This document shows positions 41,439 to 50,565 of a DNA stretch of 64,000 nt, piece by piece. The DNA lies in NCBI GenBank assembly GCA_040751955.1, contig JBFMFY010000013.1:548-64547 (forward strand), read 5' to 3'. The stretch's first letter is position 1, and every line of letters starts with the position of its first letter. The notes under the pieces were generated by a model. It searched no databases. It was not told the origin of the DNA and worked only from the letters and a program-made list of their open reading frames with translations. The position numbers were made by a program, and so were the translations under genes. Origin of the DNA: Bacteroidota bacterium. Its GTDB lineage: Bacteria; Bacteroidota; Ignavibacteria; UBA10030; UBA8401.

Positions 41439-42736
41439 TGCTTCAAAGAGAATTTATAGAATGTGAAAATACCGGTCATCATGGCGTGAAAGTTTCGTTT
41501 TGTTTTTGGGTTCAGCGCATCGATAGCAAATGTCGTCACGATAAAACCGCAATGCGCCGCGATGATACAGCCGAACACTCCCATACGCGGAATCAGGATG
41601 TAATTCAGCACAATGTTGACCGCAGATCCCGTCATTGCGCAGACCATGGCATGACGAAACAATCCCTCGGTGGATGTATAAATACTTCTCGCCACACCGA
41701 TGTTCGAATAGAACCGGCTCCAGATAAGGATCGTCAAGATCGTCGCCGAATAGGCGAATTGTTCGCCGTAGAGTATATCGACGATCGGTCCGCTCAACAG
41801 AGATATAGGAAGGCACATCGCTATCGTCAGGATCGTCATGACCCTGTATAAATTCGTCAACCGTCTGCCGTATTCCTCGTCGCTCCATTCTTTCGTACGA
41901 ACGATGACCGGAAAGACAGAACTTAAGATAATCATCGGAACAAAGCCGAGCGGCTCTGCAATTTTTTGTGCCGCCGCATAAAGACCAATCTCTTTCTCCC
42001 CCAACATCTCACGGAGCATCACCTGATCGATCCGTGTTTGCATAAAGATAGCAAGATCGGTGATAATAATCGGCCAGCTGTTGGTCAGTAATTCCTTCGC
42101 TTTCTGTAGGTGAAAGTTCCATTGACCGATACTGTTCCCGTTTTTTTTGTACATCGCTACAAGTCCTGCTGCACCAAGCAGGATCTCAAGCGCACTTGCC
42201 GACACAAAATAAATAAGATCGGCGCCATACACGATCAAAACGATCTTTACACAGGCAATAATGAAGAAGGCGGAATTTTTTGCGTACACCGTGAATTTGG
42301 ATTGTACCTGAGATTGGAACCATTGATCGATCACATCAAACGATTGGAACACCAATCCCGCTGATGTAATAATCACAAGCCAGTGTGTCAGCGTGTCTTC
42401 CGGCCTTACAATGAAAATCGCGATCGCGGAAAAGATCAATGCGCTCAGCGCACCGAACAACCGCAGTCCGAATGCGGATCCGATGATCAGATCTTTCTTC
42501 GACGGATCCCGCACAATGTCGCGAATGACGATGCTGTCAATGCCCAGCGTTGCCATCGGCATGAACATTCCGACAAATGCCAGAGCGTAGTTGAAGACAC
42601 CGTTCTGTTCAGGACCGAGATACCGCGTAAGCCATGCATTGATGAACACGGCACCAGTCATTCGCACGCCGCGATCGATCAGCAACCATCCGAGGTTTGA
42701 AACGGTCTTCTTCAGTGTTGTTGAGGTTGTCAACAA
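41435..42736 (-). CDS. wzx: Wzx-like oligosaccharide flippase (MOP superfamily).
   Basis: 433 aa with about 12 TM helices. Typical position in a glycan locus. ATGA overlap with the downstream gene. Confidence 0.7.
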   Translation of the reverse strand: MLTTSTTLKKTVSNLGWLLIDRGVRMTGAVFINAWLTRYLGPEQNGVFNYALAFVGMFMPMATLGIDSIVIRDIVRDPSKKDLIIGSAFGLRLFGALSALIFSAIAIFIVRPEDTLTHWLVIITSAGLVFQSFDVIDQWFQSQVQSKFTVYAKNSAFFIIACVKIVLIVYGADLIYFVSASALEILLGAAGLVAMYKKNGNSIGQWNFHLQKAKELLTNSWPIIITDLAIFMQTRIDQVMLREMLGEKEIGLYAAAQKIAEPLGFVPMIILSSVFPVIVRTKEWSDEEYGRRLTNLYRVMTILTIAMCLPISLLSGPIVDILYGEQFAYSATILTILIWSRFYSNIGVARSIYTSTEGLFRHAMVCAMTGSAVNIVLNYILIPRMGVFGCIIAAHCGFIVTTFAIDALNPKTKRNFHAMMTGIFTFYKFSLKQ

Positions 42737-42772
42737 GGGATGGTGTGTGTTGTGGTGAAGTGAAAATTCATG

Positions 42773-45277
42773 TTACACCGTGGTTGTGCGTTTCTTCTGC
42801 ACAAAAAATCTCACTGCAAAGTATCCTAATCCTCCCAATACAAGAATATTGAGCCAGAGGCTCAAATTCTTTCCGAGATAAAATCCTGCGGGTTCAAACT
42901 CCATCGTTACCACGTGATCGCCTTGAGGCACGACGACGCCGCGGAACATATAGTTGAGACGATAGATCGGTGTTTCGGTTCCATCGATAAATGCTTTCCA
43001 CCCTTCGGGATACCACGACTCGCTGAGAAAAACTAAGTTGCTCCCTGTTGCATGCACCTTCAATTCAAGATCTTGAATTCCATAATGCGAATATTGAACA
43101 GATGCACCTTCCTGCGGAGGATCGATTGCCGCGTGAATATCTTCCATGACATATGTGACATCATAAGGATTAAATTTCATTCCTTTGATATTGTTAAGGA
43201 TATCCAAACCCTTTGCAACTTCATATCGGCTCACAAAAAAAGCCCTGGGCATTTCAGCGCGATTATAGAGAACATGTTTACCGCTGCCGGCAAAGACAGG
43301 AAAAAGTACGCTGTTTGAATCGGCACGATCGGAAAGGATATATTTAACATTCATCAACCCCCACAACAGCGGATTACCTAACCCTACCACGTCAAACACA
43401 TCCTGGATCTGACGCATTTTCGCTCCCTGATATCCGTATGCACTTTGGATCCTCCAATACGCCAGTGTGTTGTTGTACGGCGGCTGACCGTTTTCAAATT
43501 CTATTGTCCTGTACAGCGACGTATCCTGCTGCATGAATGAAACATAGGATGGAGTTGCAAACATACTTTGTGCATCACGATGCGGCTGGGGATTCATCGG
43601 TTTAAAATTAACTCTCCACAAATCGATCAACACAACAGAGACGAGCACGGCAACAAGGATCGTCAACGAAATCTTGTTCTTGATGAAGAGGTACAATCCT
43701 CCGAGCCCTGCAATAAGAAGTAATATTCCCGCCGTAATTTCGCTGGAGATAAATCCGGTGATGATCTTGTGGACGATTGCGGCGTTAGTACCGAATTTTT
43801 CCGCCAATACCTGAGATGGAACAAACATTTCATAGAAGGAAAGAAAAAGTTCTTTGAAAATTACGGAAAGGACGAGTAGTGCAGCCAGAACGATTAACGA
43901 GTATTGAAAATACTTCAAGAACGCATTATCCTTATCTGATGCCTGGTTCATCATTGCAGCGATCCCATATCCCGCAAGCACAGGAACGAAGATCTGCACA
44001 AGGATCAAAATCATAGAAGGAATGCGGAATTTGTTGAACATCGGAAAATAATTGAACATCAGATCATACACCAGCGGCATCTCTTTACCGAACGAAATCA
44101 GAAGCGAGATAAAGACGACAATCGTTGAATATTGTACGAACGGATCTTTTCTGTTTCTCCAAACACCAATCCCGGCAAGGATCACAATCACAACACCCAT
44201 ATATTGCGGCGCATCGGTAAACGGCATAGGACCAAAATATAGCGGAAGTCTCTGCTCGGTGTTATTTGTTTCCGGACCTTGATACGGCACAGCCGAACCG
44301 AATCCGTACCACGACGGAACAAAGAATGTCATTACTTCACCGGGAGAAAACGACCAGTTCGTCGCATATTCGTAATCAAGTCCGCCGTTCGTCGCCCCTT
44401 TCGCTTGTGCCTCCGCTGACGGTACGATCGGGTCCGAACCGCGCATCGAGTATTTAGAATATTCAAGCGTCGAAAGATATTGATCCCCTGTCATGAGAAA
44501 TGCAAGCCCGGTCGCCACTGCAAAGATAGAACCGGATCGGATTACTCCCTGCCAATGTTCCTTTTTGATCAGCGACCAGACAAGGAAAAAGAGATAGTAT
44601 ATGCCGAATGCAAAATAACAGTAAAAAATCATTTGGATGTGCCCCGGCAAGAGCATAAAATGAACAAGCAGGACAAGGAGAAGTGAGAGCCGAAGATCGA
44701 ATTTCTCCCTGAGCCTTTCGATGATCATGAAGATCCAGGGAAAGAAAGCAATCACAGGTACCTTTGTCATATGTCCCACGATGACCAAAATAATGACATA
44801 GGTGGAATGCATAACGGCAAGTCCGGAAATCAGCGCGGCGATTTTATTCTTTAATTTGTCATGAACAAAAAAATAGACTCCCGCTCCGAGAATCCAATAA
44901 TAGAACAATCCCCAGCCGACATCCGGGCTGTTCATAATTGCACCGAACAGTTTTGATCCCCTGTTGATGATAAATGCGGACACATCAAAATACCGTTCGC
45001 CGTGGACGGTCAAACTCGCGTACCCCGGCATGCCGCAAAAGATATACGGGTTCCACAGCGGAAAAATTCCCTGTTGTTCCGCATCGCTCACCAGCGTTTG
45101 AAAACTTTTGGATGCAATGTTGTCAGCCGCAACAAATACCTTACCTTCAAATACAACTTCATTGAAGAATACCACCAGCGAAAGCAGTATCGCCAGCACG
45201 GCAGCCGGATGTTGGAATTTAGCGGGAATAAGAGGGGTTTCTGTCTGTTGCTTCTGAGATTTTTTTGCGGTCGCCAT
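42773..45277 (-). CDS. YfhO-family large polytopic membrane protein (GT-C-like).
   Basis: 834 aa. WNPYIFCGMPGYASL resembles the conserved YfhO N-terminal motif. Many TM helices plus a C-terminal periplasmic domain. Confidence 0.55.
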   Translation of the reverse strand: MATAKKSQKQQTETPLIPAKFQHPAAVLAILLSLVVFFNEVVFEGKVFVAADNIASKSFQTLVSDAEQQGIFPLWNPYIFCGMPGYASLTVHGERYFDVSAFIINRGSKLFGAIMNSPDVGWGLFYYWILGAGVYFFVHDKLKNKIAALISGLAVMHSTYVIILVIVGHMTKVPVIAFFPWIFMIIERLREKFDLRLSLLLVLLVHFMLLPGHIQMIFYCYFAFGIYYLFFLVWSLIKKEHWQGVIRSGSIFAVATGLAFLMTGDQYLSTLEYSKYSMRGSDPIVPSAEAQAKGATNGGLDYEYATNWSFSPGEVMTFFVPSWYGFGSAVPYQGPETNNTEQRLPLYFGPMPFTDAPQYMGVVIVILAGIGVWRNRKDPFVQYSTIVVFISLLISFGKEMPLVYDLMFNYFPMFNKFRIPSMILILVQIFVPVLAGYGIAAMMNQASDKDNAFLKYFQYSLIVLAALLVLSVIFKELFLSFYEMFVPSQVLAEKFGTNAAIVHKIITGFISSEITAGILLLIAGLGGLYLFIKNKISLTILVAVLVSVVLIDLWRVNFKPMNPQPHRDAQSMFATPSYVSFMQQDTSLYRTIEFENGQPPYNNTLAYWRIQSAYGYQGAKMRQIQDVFDVVGLGNPLLWGLMNVKYILSDRADSNSVLFPVFAGSGKHVLYNRAEMPRAFFVSRYEVAKGLDILNNIKGMKFNPYDVTYVMEDIHAAIDPPQEGASVQYSHYGIQDLELKVHATGSNLVFLSESWYPEGWKAFIDGTETPIYRLNYMFRGVVVPQGDHVVTMEFEPAGFYLGKNLSLWLNILVLGGLGYFAVRFFVQKKRTTTV

Positions 45278-45342
45278 GAAGTATCCAATTCAGATATAAT
45301 GAATTTTTTTCAAGATAGCAGAAAATGCCCAGAGTTACAAAA

Positions 45343-45373
45343 ACAAAAAACCCCGCCGAAGCGGGGTTTTTTG
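45343..45373. terminator. Bidirectional rho-independent terminator.
   Basis: AAAAAACCCCGCcgaaGCGGGGTTTTTT. Confidence 0.75.
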
Positions 45374-45390
45374 TTTTTATTGGAGCCAAA

Positions 45391-46785
45391 TTATTTGTAC
45401 GAAGCAAATGCGATTTTCCATTCTCCACCAGGTGTCAATCCGGTATAATAGATTCGCAATTCATTATTGATTTTTGTTAGGTAAGGATATACGATACCGC
45501 CCGAAGCCCAATGATTGGATGTCTGGCTGTGCTTGAAGATCGGGTTTTTTGAATCTTTCACCCAATGGATACCATCCTCTGACGTCGCAAAGCCAAATGC
45601 GATATTTGAATAACTAAATGGATCATCGTTGGTATAAATCATCTTATAAATGCTTCCGTCCTTCACGACTGAAACCCAGGATATGTCTCCATTCTCCCAC
45701 GATTGTGAGGCTGACAAAATCGGAGAAGTGGAATATCTTTTCCATGTTAGTCCGTCTATTGAAATAGCCAATCCAATTTTGTCACCACTACAATAATACA
45801 TGTAGTATTGATTACCAATAATTTCAACCTCAGATGCTACCATAGTGTTTCTTTCCCAATCCAAGCTGTCAGTAAAAACAGGTTGAGGATACTTTACCCA
45901 GTTCTTCCCATCCACCGATGATGCTAATCCAATTTGAAAATGTTTTGATATAGCATCATATCCTTGGTAGAGCATAAAATATTTAGGCCCCACTTTATAA
46001 ACAGGACCTGGTCCAGTACCCCCATCATCCCAACTTCCTGAAGGTCCGACAACAATGATTGGTGTCGAATCTGGTCGGTTCCAATTCACACCGTCGTATG
46101 ATTCTGCATAACCCACCGGACTGGGAAAAGAATAATTCAAATAATACATCCGATACATTCCATCATCAACGTAAATCTTCGGTTGACCAACCCCGCCCCA
46201 ATCAATTGGTTTTCCGGTTTTTGTCAATATTGGATTATTTATATGATCTACCCACTTCTTCTCAGAAGTACCCCACGTAACATTAATCTGCACACTCCCG
46301 ACACCTGTCGGCACCGGAGTCAATGTCAGATTCACCTGCGTTACCGCCCCTTCTAATACGTTCACGTCTGCTTCCCCGGTATATAGTACCTTGGAGCTTT
46401 CATCTTTTGCATCCACTTTCACTTTCCAGGTTCCAACAGCCACTTCGCTGAAAAGCATTGTGGCAGATGTATCGGTAATGATATTGATAGTTTTCGAGAG
46501 TGTTGCGTACCCACTGCGCGAGAGTGTTGCAGTCAATGTTTTTACCGATGCAGGGGCGTTCGCTTTATCGAATGTAAAAGCGATATTGCCTACGTTTGAT
46601 ATCGGCGCGCTCGTTGTTACAGGTGTATTTTTTTGCTCACAACCTCCAAGAGCGAAAAGAAAACCGAAAACCAGAATTGCCAGATTTTTCATTGTGCCTC
46701 CCATAGTTCTCCTTGTGTGAAGATTATGCTGAATTTTCTTCTTTAGCAAGCTGAATTTTACGGTAAAAAAATGCTCCCGAGACAA
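45391..46785 (-). CDS. Lipoprotein with an Ig-like domain and a 5-bladed beta-propeller glycoside hydrolase-like domain (GH43/GH32/GH130 clan).
   Basis: Lipobox LGGCEQ. Repeated S-DG--W-K blade signatures (SYDGVNWNR, SVDGKNWVK, SIDGLTWKR, SEDGIHWVK). Confidence 0.5.
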   Translation of the reverse strand: MSREHFFTVKFSLLKKKIQHNLHTRRTMGGTMKNLAILVFGFLFALGGCEQKNTPVTTSAPISNVGNIAFTFDKANAPASVKTLTATLSRSGYATLSKTINIITDTSATMLFSEVAVGTWKVKVDAKDESSKVLYTGEADVNVLEGAVTQVNLTLTPVPTGVGSVQINVTWGTSEKKWVDHINNPILTKTGKPIDWGGVGQPKIYVDDGMYRMYYLNYSFPSPVGYAESYDGVNWNRPDSTPIIVVGPSGSWDDGGTGPGPVYKVGPKYFMLYQGYDAISKHFQIGLASSVDGKNWVKYPQPVFTDSLDWERNTMVASEVEIIGNQYYMYYCSGDKIGLAISIDGLTWKRYSTSPILSASQSWENGDISWVSVVKDGSIYKMIYTNDDPFSYSNIAFGFATSEDGIHWVKDSKNPIFKHSQTSNHWASGGIVYPYLTKINNELRIYYTGLTPGGEWKIAFASYK

Positions 46786-46858
46786 TTGACTCTCGATTAC
46801 TCTTTGTCTATATTTTCGGCAGTTCTATCAGCATACTTTCACTTATCAGGAGCACACA

Positions 46859-47155
46859 ATGTCAGATTACTCACTGGATGCACTCGGAATGGTTGAAACC
46901 AAAGGTCTTGTCGGAGCGATTGAAGCTGCCGACGCAATGGTAAAAGCCGCAAAGGTTACATTGATAGGCAAGGAGCAGATTGGCGGCGGCTACGTGACCG
47001 TGATGGTGCGTGGCGATGTGGGAGCAGTCAAAGCAGCCACGGATGCCGGTGCAGCAGCGGCACAGCGTGTCGGTGAACTCGTATCGGTGCATGTCATTCC
47101 GCGTCCGCACAGCGATGTGGAAATGATTCTTCCGAAACGTCCGGCATCAAAATAA
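46859..47155 (+). CDS. Bacterial microcompartment shell protein, BMC-H (PduA/EutM/CcmK-like).
   Basis: [30 protein letters not shown]...[18 protein letters not shown] is the canonical PF00936 sequence. AGGAGC RBS. Confidence 0.9.
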   Translation: MSDYSLDALGMVETKGLVGAIEAADAMVKAAKVTLIGKEQIGGGYVTVMVRGDVGAVKAATDAGAAAAQRVGELVSVHVIPRPHSDVEMILPKRPASK

Positions 47156-47204
47156 TTATCTTTGATTTTCCTACCTGCAAATTTGGAAGATCATAAAGAC
47201 AGTT

Positions 47205-47741
47205 ATGTTAGAACTTGCATTCGGACTTGTGGAAACGAAAGGTCTTGTGGGTGCTGTTGAGGCAGCCGACGCAATGGTCAAAACCGCCAATGTAAAGTTG
47301 ATCGGCAGAGAGCGTACAGACCCGGCAATGATCACCATAAAAATTTTAGGTGATACGGCAGCTGTACGTTCTGCAGTTGAAGCGGGTGCTGCAGCGGCAC
47401 AGCGTGTAGGGCAATTGGTTTCCAAGCATGTCATCCCCCGCCCGGCAGAAAACCTTGAAGAACTCGTATTTGCAAAATCTTTTTTAAGCGATGAAGAAAT
47501 TGCGCTTTTGATCGGCACCAGTCAGACACCCGGCATTGAGGATGAGAAAGAGCAATTTACACCTCCAACTGCATCTTCCGATAAAGAAAAATATACGGCA
47601 GAGTTGCAGGCAATGACCGTGCATCAGTTACGTAACTACGCGCGCAGCGTTGAAGGACTTTCCATCTACGGCAGACAAATCTCGATGGCGAACAAAGAGG
47701 AACTGATTGCGGAATTGCTGAAGACAAAGTACGGAATATAA
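47205..47741 (+). CDS. BMC-H shell protein with a C-terminal extension of about 80 aa that ends in a HeH/Rho-N/SAP-like helix-extension-helix motif.
   Basis: [29 protein letters not shown]...VGQLVSKHVIPRP is a BMC domain but lacks the GxG pore motif. The extension contains ELQAMTVHQLRNYARSVEGLSIYGRQISMANKEELIAELL. Confidence 0.85.
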   Translation: MLELAFGLVETKGLVGAVEAADAMVKTANVKLIGRERTDPAMITIKILGDTAAVRSAVEAGAAAAQRVGQLVSKHVIPRPAENLEELVFAKSFLSDEEIALLIGTSQTPGIEDEKEQFTPPTASSDKEKYTAELQAMTVHQLRNYARSVEGLSIYGRQISMANKEELIAELLKTKYGI

Positions 47742-47777
47742 TGTCGAGACAACGATAATTTTTACCAACGCCCGCTT

Positions 47778-48728
47778 TTGCGGGCGTTCCCATTTGACAG
47801 CGCTAGAATCATGAAAGAAAATAAATTCACGATCATATTTTTCTCTCTCTTATTTGCTGCAATTGTCTGGCTCTCCGTGGATATGGGAAATACGTTTCAA
47901 ACATCAATCGAACTCCCTATCCGTGTCGAACATCTCCAGCAGAACAAAGCAATCGCTTCGCCGCTTCCTACAACAATTCGATTAAAGATCCAGGGGAATG
48001 GTTGGCAGCTGTTAAATATTGTATTGTCGCCAAATTTACGGTACACAATCGATTTCAGTACGCTGTCCAAACGAGACACCGTATTTACGTACAATGACCT
48101 TACCGAACATATAAACCTGCCAAAAGAGATCCATATTTTCGAGACTACGCCGGAAACAGTCTTTGTCCAAATAGATGACAAAATAACGAAGAAGGTCCCG
48201 GTGGAACCGGTCGTATCGACTCTCTACCGCGATGGATTCGGGATTGTCGGAACAATGAAACCTGAACCCGATAGCATTGTTCTTACCGGAGCTCGTTCAT
48301 TGCTCAACCGTATCACAACGTGGAAAACCGATGCCGTTTTGCTGAAAGATATCAATGCTCCCGTTGCAGCTATTATTCCGTTGCAAGATTCTCTTCGATT
48401 GGAAGTAGAACGGTCGCATTCTACCGTGCGCTTGACCTTTGACGTCCAGCCGGTAGCAGAAAAAACAATCGAGAATATTCCTATCGAAGTGAATCAGCTA
48501 CCCGAAAACCGCAGCGTAGTATTGATCCCGCCAACACTCTCGGTTATTATTCGGTCCGGTGTGAATGCGGTCGCGCCGTTAAACGAGAAAGATTTTAATG
48601 CGTTTGTCGATTACAAATCGATCTTGCTGGATACAAGCGGCTATGTTCACCCTATTATCCTCGGACCTGAAAACATTAAGATCGTACAACAGAATCCGGA
48701 AAAAATTCAGTATGTCGTCCGAAAATAA
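47778..48728 (+). CDS. YbbR-like (CdaR-type) repeat-domain protein with an N-terminal TM anchor.
   Basis: TM FTIIFFSLLFAAIVWLSV. Repeated beta-rich units (TTIRLKIQGNGWQL, ETVFVQID) resemble PF07949. Lies 37 nt after the second BMC gene. Confidence 0.5.
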   Translation: MRAFPFDSARIMKENKFTIIFFSLLFAAIVWLSVDMGNTFQTSIELPIRVEHLQQNKAIASPLPTTIRLKIQGNGWQLLNIVLSPNLRYTIDFSTLSKRDTVFTYNDLTEHINLPKEIHIFETTPETVFVQIDDKITKKVPVEPVVSTLYRDGFGIVGTMKPEPDSIVLTGARSLLNRITTWKTDAVLLKDINAPVAAIIPLQDSLRLEVERSHSTVRLTFDVQPVAEKTIENIPIEVNQLPENRSVVLIPPTLSVIIRSGVNAVAPLNEKDFNAFVDYKSILLDTSGYVHPIILGPENIKIVQQNPEKIQYVVRK

Positions 48729-48760
48729 AAAAGCCGAACATATTGTTCGGCTTTTTTATA
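48727..48760. terminator. Bidirectional rho-independent terminator.
   Basis: AAAAAAGCCGAACAtatTGTTCGGCTTTTTT. Confidence 0.75.
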
Positions 48761-48779
48761 GTGCACTTCGCTTGCAGGA

Positions 48780-50444
48780 TCAGAAGGCTCGGTTCAGTCT
48801 AAAGAAGACCGCAACAGGCGCACTCTTATCGGTTCTCCACGCAAACCCTAACCTCGCGTTTCCGTCATGCCAGCTCAGGGCAAATCCGAGATCCGATTTG
48901 ACTGTTGGTGTTGAGATCGCATCGAACCCCTCATAGATTGCCTTCTTCGCAGGTACGTTGGCTACAGCACCTGCGTCAGCAAAAAGAATAAGGTTAAAGA
49001 AATCGGGCCAGAAGAAAATCTCATCTATCAATTCGCCAGTCATCTGGTATTCAAGATTACCAAGAATCATCCTGTTCCCCACAAATTCTTTGAATCCGTA
49101 CGCCGGCATTGTATTGGCACCGCCAAGTTCAAACATCCGCTGTACAACCGTATTTCCCTCTAATGCCCCGGCACGAATGCGCGCGCTGATCTGATCATCG
49201 TCAGAAAGTGATTGATACCGGCGAATATCAACAAGTCCGTGTGTGAAACTATAATCACCACCGAATTGATTTCCTGCTACCTCAATCTTAGTCAATGCAT
49301 CCCACCCCTCTGAGCGCCTACGGTATCTCTCTACGGTATTAAATCCGGCAGCAACGCTTACACTTCGCAGCATTCCCTCGTTAACCAACGGATTTGAGCG
49401 GAACCGATGCCCGCCAAAGACAGCCCAACTTGCCCGTTGGTCCATTGATGTATAACGATCAACATTGTATCGGACATCGATCATCGTCGTCACATCACCA
49501 TCTTTTGTGTACCGTGCGGTGTGGACGGAATATCCCTCACGCTGGAAATAATCCCGGAAATCCTGATGGAAGAAGAGTGCGGCAAGATTGTTCTCACCCA
49601 GTTTCATGATCCATTCATCTTTTGTGTCGGTCAGGCTGTGAACCTCCGCGCCGATTTCGTACAGCCCGGAAGAAGTCGCGAATTGACGATCAAGTCCTAG
49701 CTGCATGCGCCATTTGTGCGAAGCGAAACCGTAACCAAATGAGCCGTAACCGGACAAGGTACGGCTGCCATCCCAGTAATATTCTTTGTTTTTTCCGAAA
49801 CCAAAGAAAAATCCTTCCACCCGATTATAGCGGAAAAGAAAATTATCGTCGTATTCTCTGTCATACCACATAAACGGTTTGAACGAGTACGAATATTTTG
49901 CTCTCGATGTTCGTTTGCTGCGGGAGCTGCGCGATTCATAACTCTTATTCGATTCTTCAGTATAACCTTCAACGATTGCCCCTTCCTCCTTTGTGATCGA
50001 ACCGTTCATCGCACGGGCATTTCCTTTCACAAGTGCAGTTCTTTTCACAATAATATCACCGTTCACAACGAGCACATCACCAACTACAGTCCCGCGAATC
50101 GTCAATGTCCCGTTTTTAACGACAAGATCTCCTTGGATAGTATCGACTTCTGCAATTTCGGTATCTCCGTTAAATGTGATCGCGTCGGGCGTCTCTTTAT
50201 TCTGATCCTGTTCTCCCACCTCAACGATGGTAGATTGGTGTAAATACGAATTTCTTCCTTCGACAAAATCATCAATACGATGTTCAACACCTTCTACGAT
50301 CTCATCGATGAACAGTTCAATATTATCAGTTGTGTAATCGATTTCCTCTTCCGTGTGATCGAAACTTGGCTGGGCTTCCTGTGCTTGAACTGAAAGGAAT
50401 ATAAAAAATGCGGCAGTGACAGTGGTAGTACAAAATGATTTCAT
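48780..50444 (-). CDS. Outer-membrane protein with an N-terminal bactofilin-like beta-helical repeat region and a C-terminal beta-barrel.
   Basis: Signal peptide. GDLVVKNGTLTIRGTVVGDVLVVNGDIIV repeats. C-terminal FFRLNRAF with a terminal aromatic residue. Confidence 0.45.
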   Translation of the reverse strand: MKSFCTTTVTAAFFIFLSVQAQEAQPSFDHTEEEIDYTTDNIELFIDEIVEGVEHRIDDFVEGRNSYLHQSTIVEVGEQDQNKETPDAITFNGDTEIAEVDTIQGDLVVKNGTLTIRGTVVGDVLVVNGDIIVKRTALVKGNARAMNGSITKEEGAIVEGYTEESNKSYESRSSRSKRTSRAKYSYSFKPFMWYDREYDDNFLFRYNRVEGFFFGFGKNKEYYWDGSRTLSGYGSFGYGFASHKWRMQLGLDRQFATSSGLYEIGAEVHSLTDTKDEWIMKLGENNLAALFFHQDFRDYFQREGYSVHTARYTKDGDVTTMIDVRYNVDRYTSMDQRASWAVFGGHRFRSNPLVNEGMLRSVSVAAGFNTVERYRRRSEGWDALTKIEVAGNQFGGDYSFTHGLVDIRRYQSLSDDDQISARIRAGALEGNTVVQRMFELGGANTMPAYGFKEFVGNRMILGNLEYQMTGELIDEIFFWPDFFNLILFADAGAVANVPAKKAIYEGFDAISTPTVKSDLGFALSWHDGNARLGFAWRTDKSAPVAVFFRLNRAF

Positions 50445-50512
50445 GATTCCTCCGTTAGGAAAATGACCCTTTTCTGTTACGACACGCTCTACGAAAAGTT
50501 ACAACCATAGTT

Positions 50513-50540
50513 TTGAATAAAGCTCCGAATTTAGTATAAT
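50513..50540 (+). promoter_or_regulatory. Candidate sigma-70-like promoter for pdxJ.
   Basis: TTGAAT, 16-nt spacer, TATAAT, lying 25 nt upstream of the ATG. Confidence 0.3.
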
Positions 50541-50565
50541 TTGTTTGGTTTTAGAGAATGATCGA

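Noticed and set aside
46859-47741. Reading the two BMC-H genes as evidence of a complete microcompartment organelle in this window
   Set aside because: There is no BMC-P pentamer gene and no encapsulated-enzyme candidate within 64 kb, with no aldehyde dehydrogenase, PduL, glycyl-radical enzyme or the like. The shell genes are therefore reported as an orphan or satellite module rather than an organelle locus.
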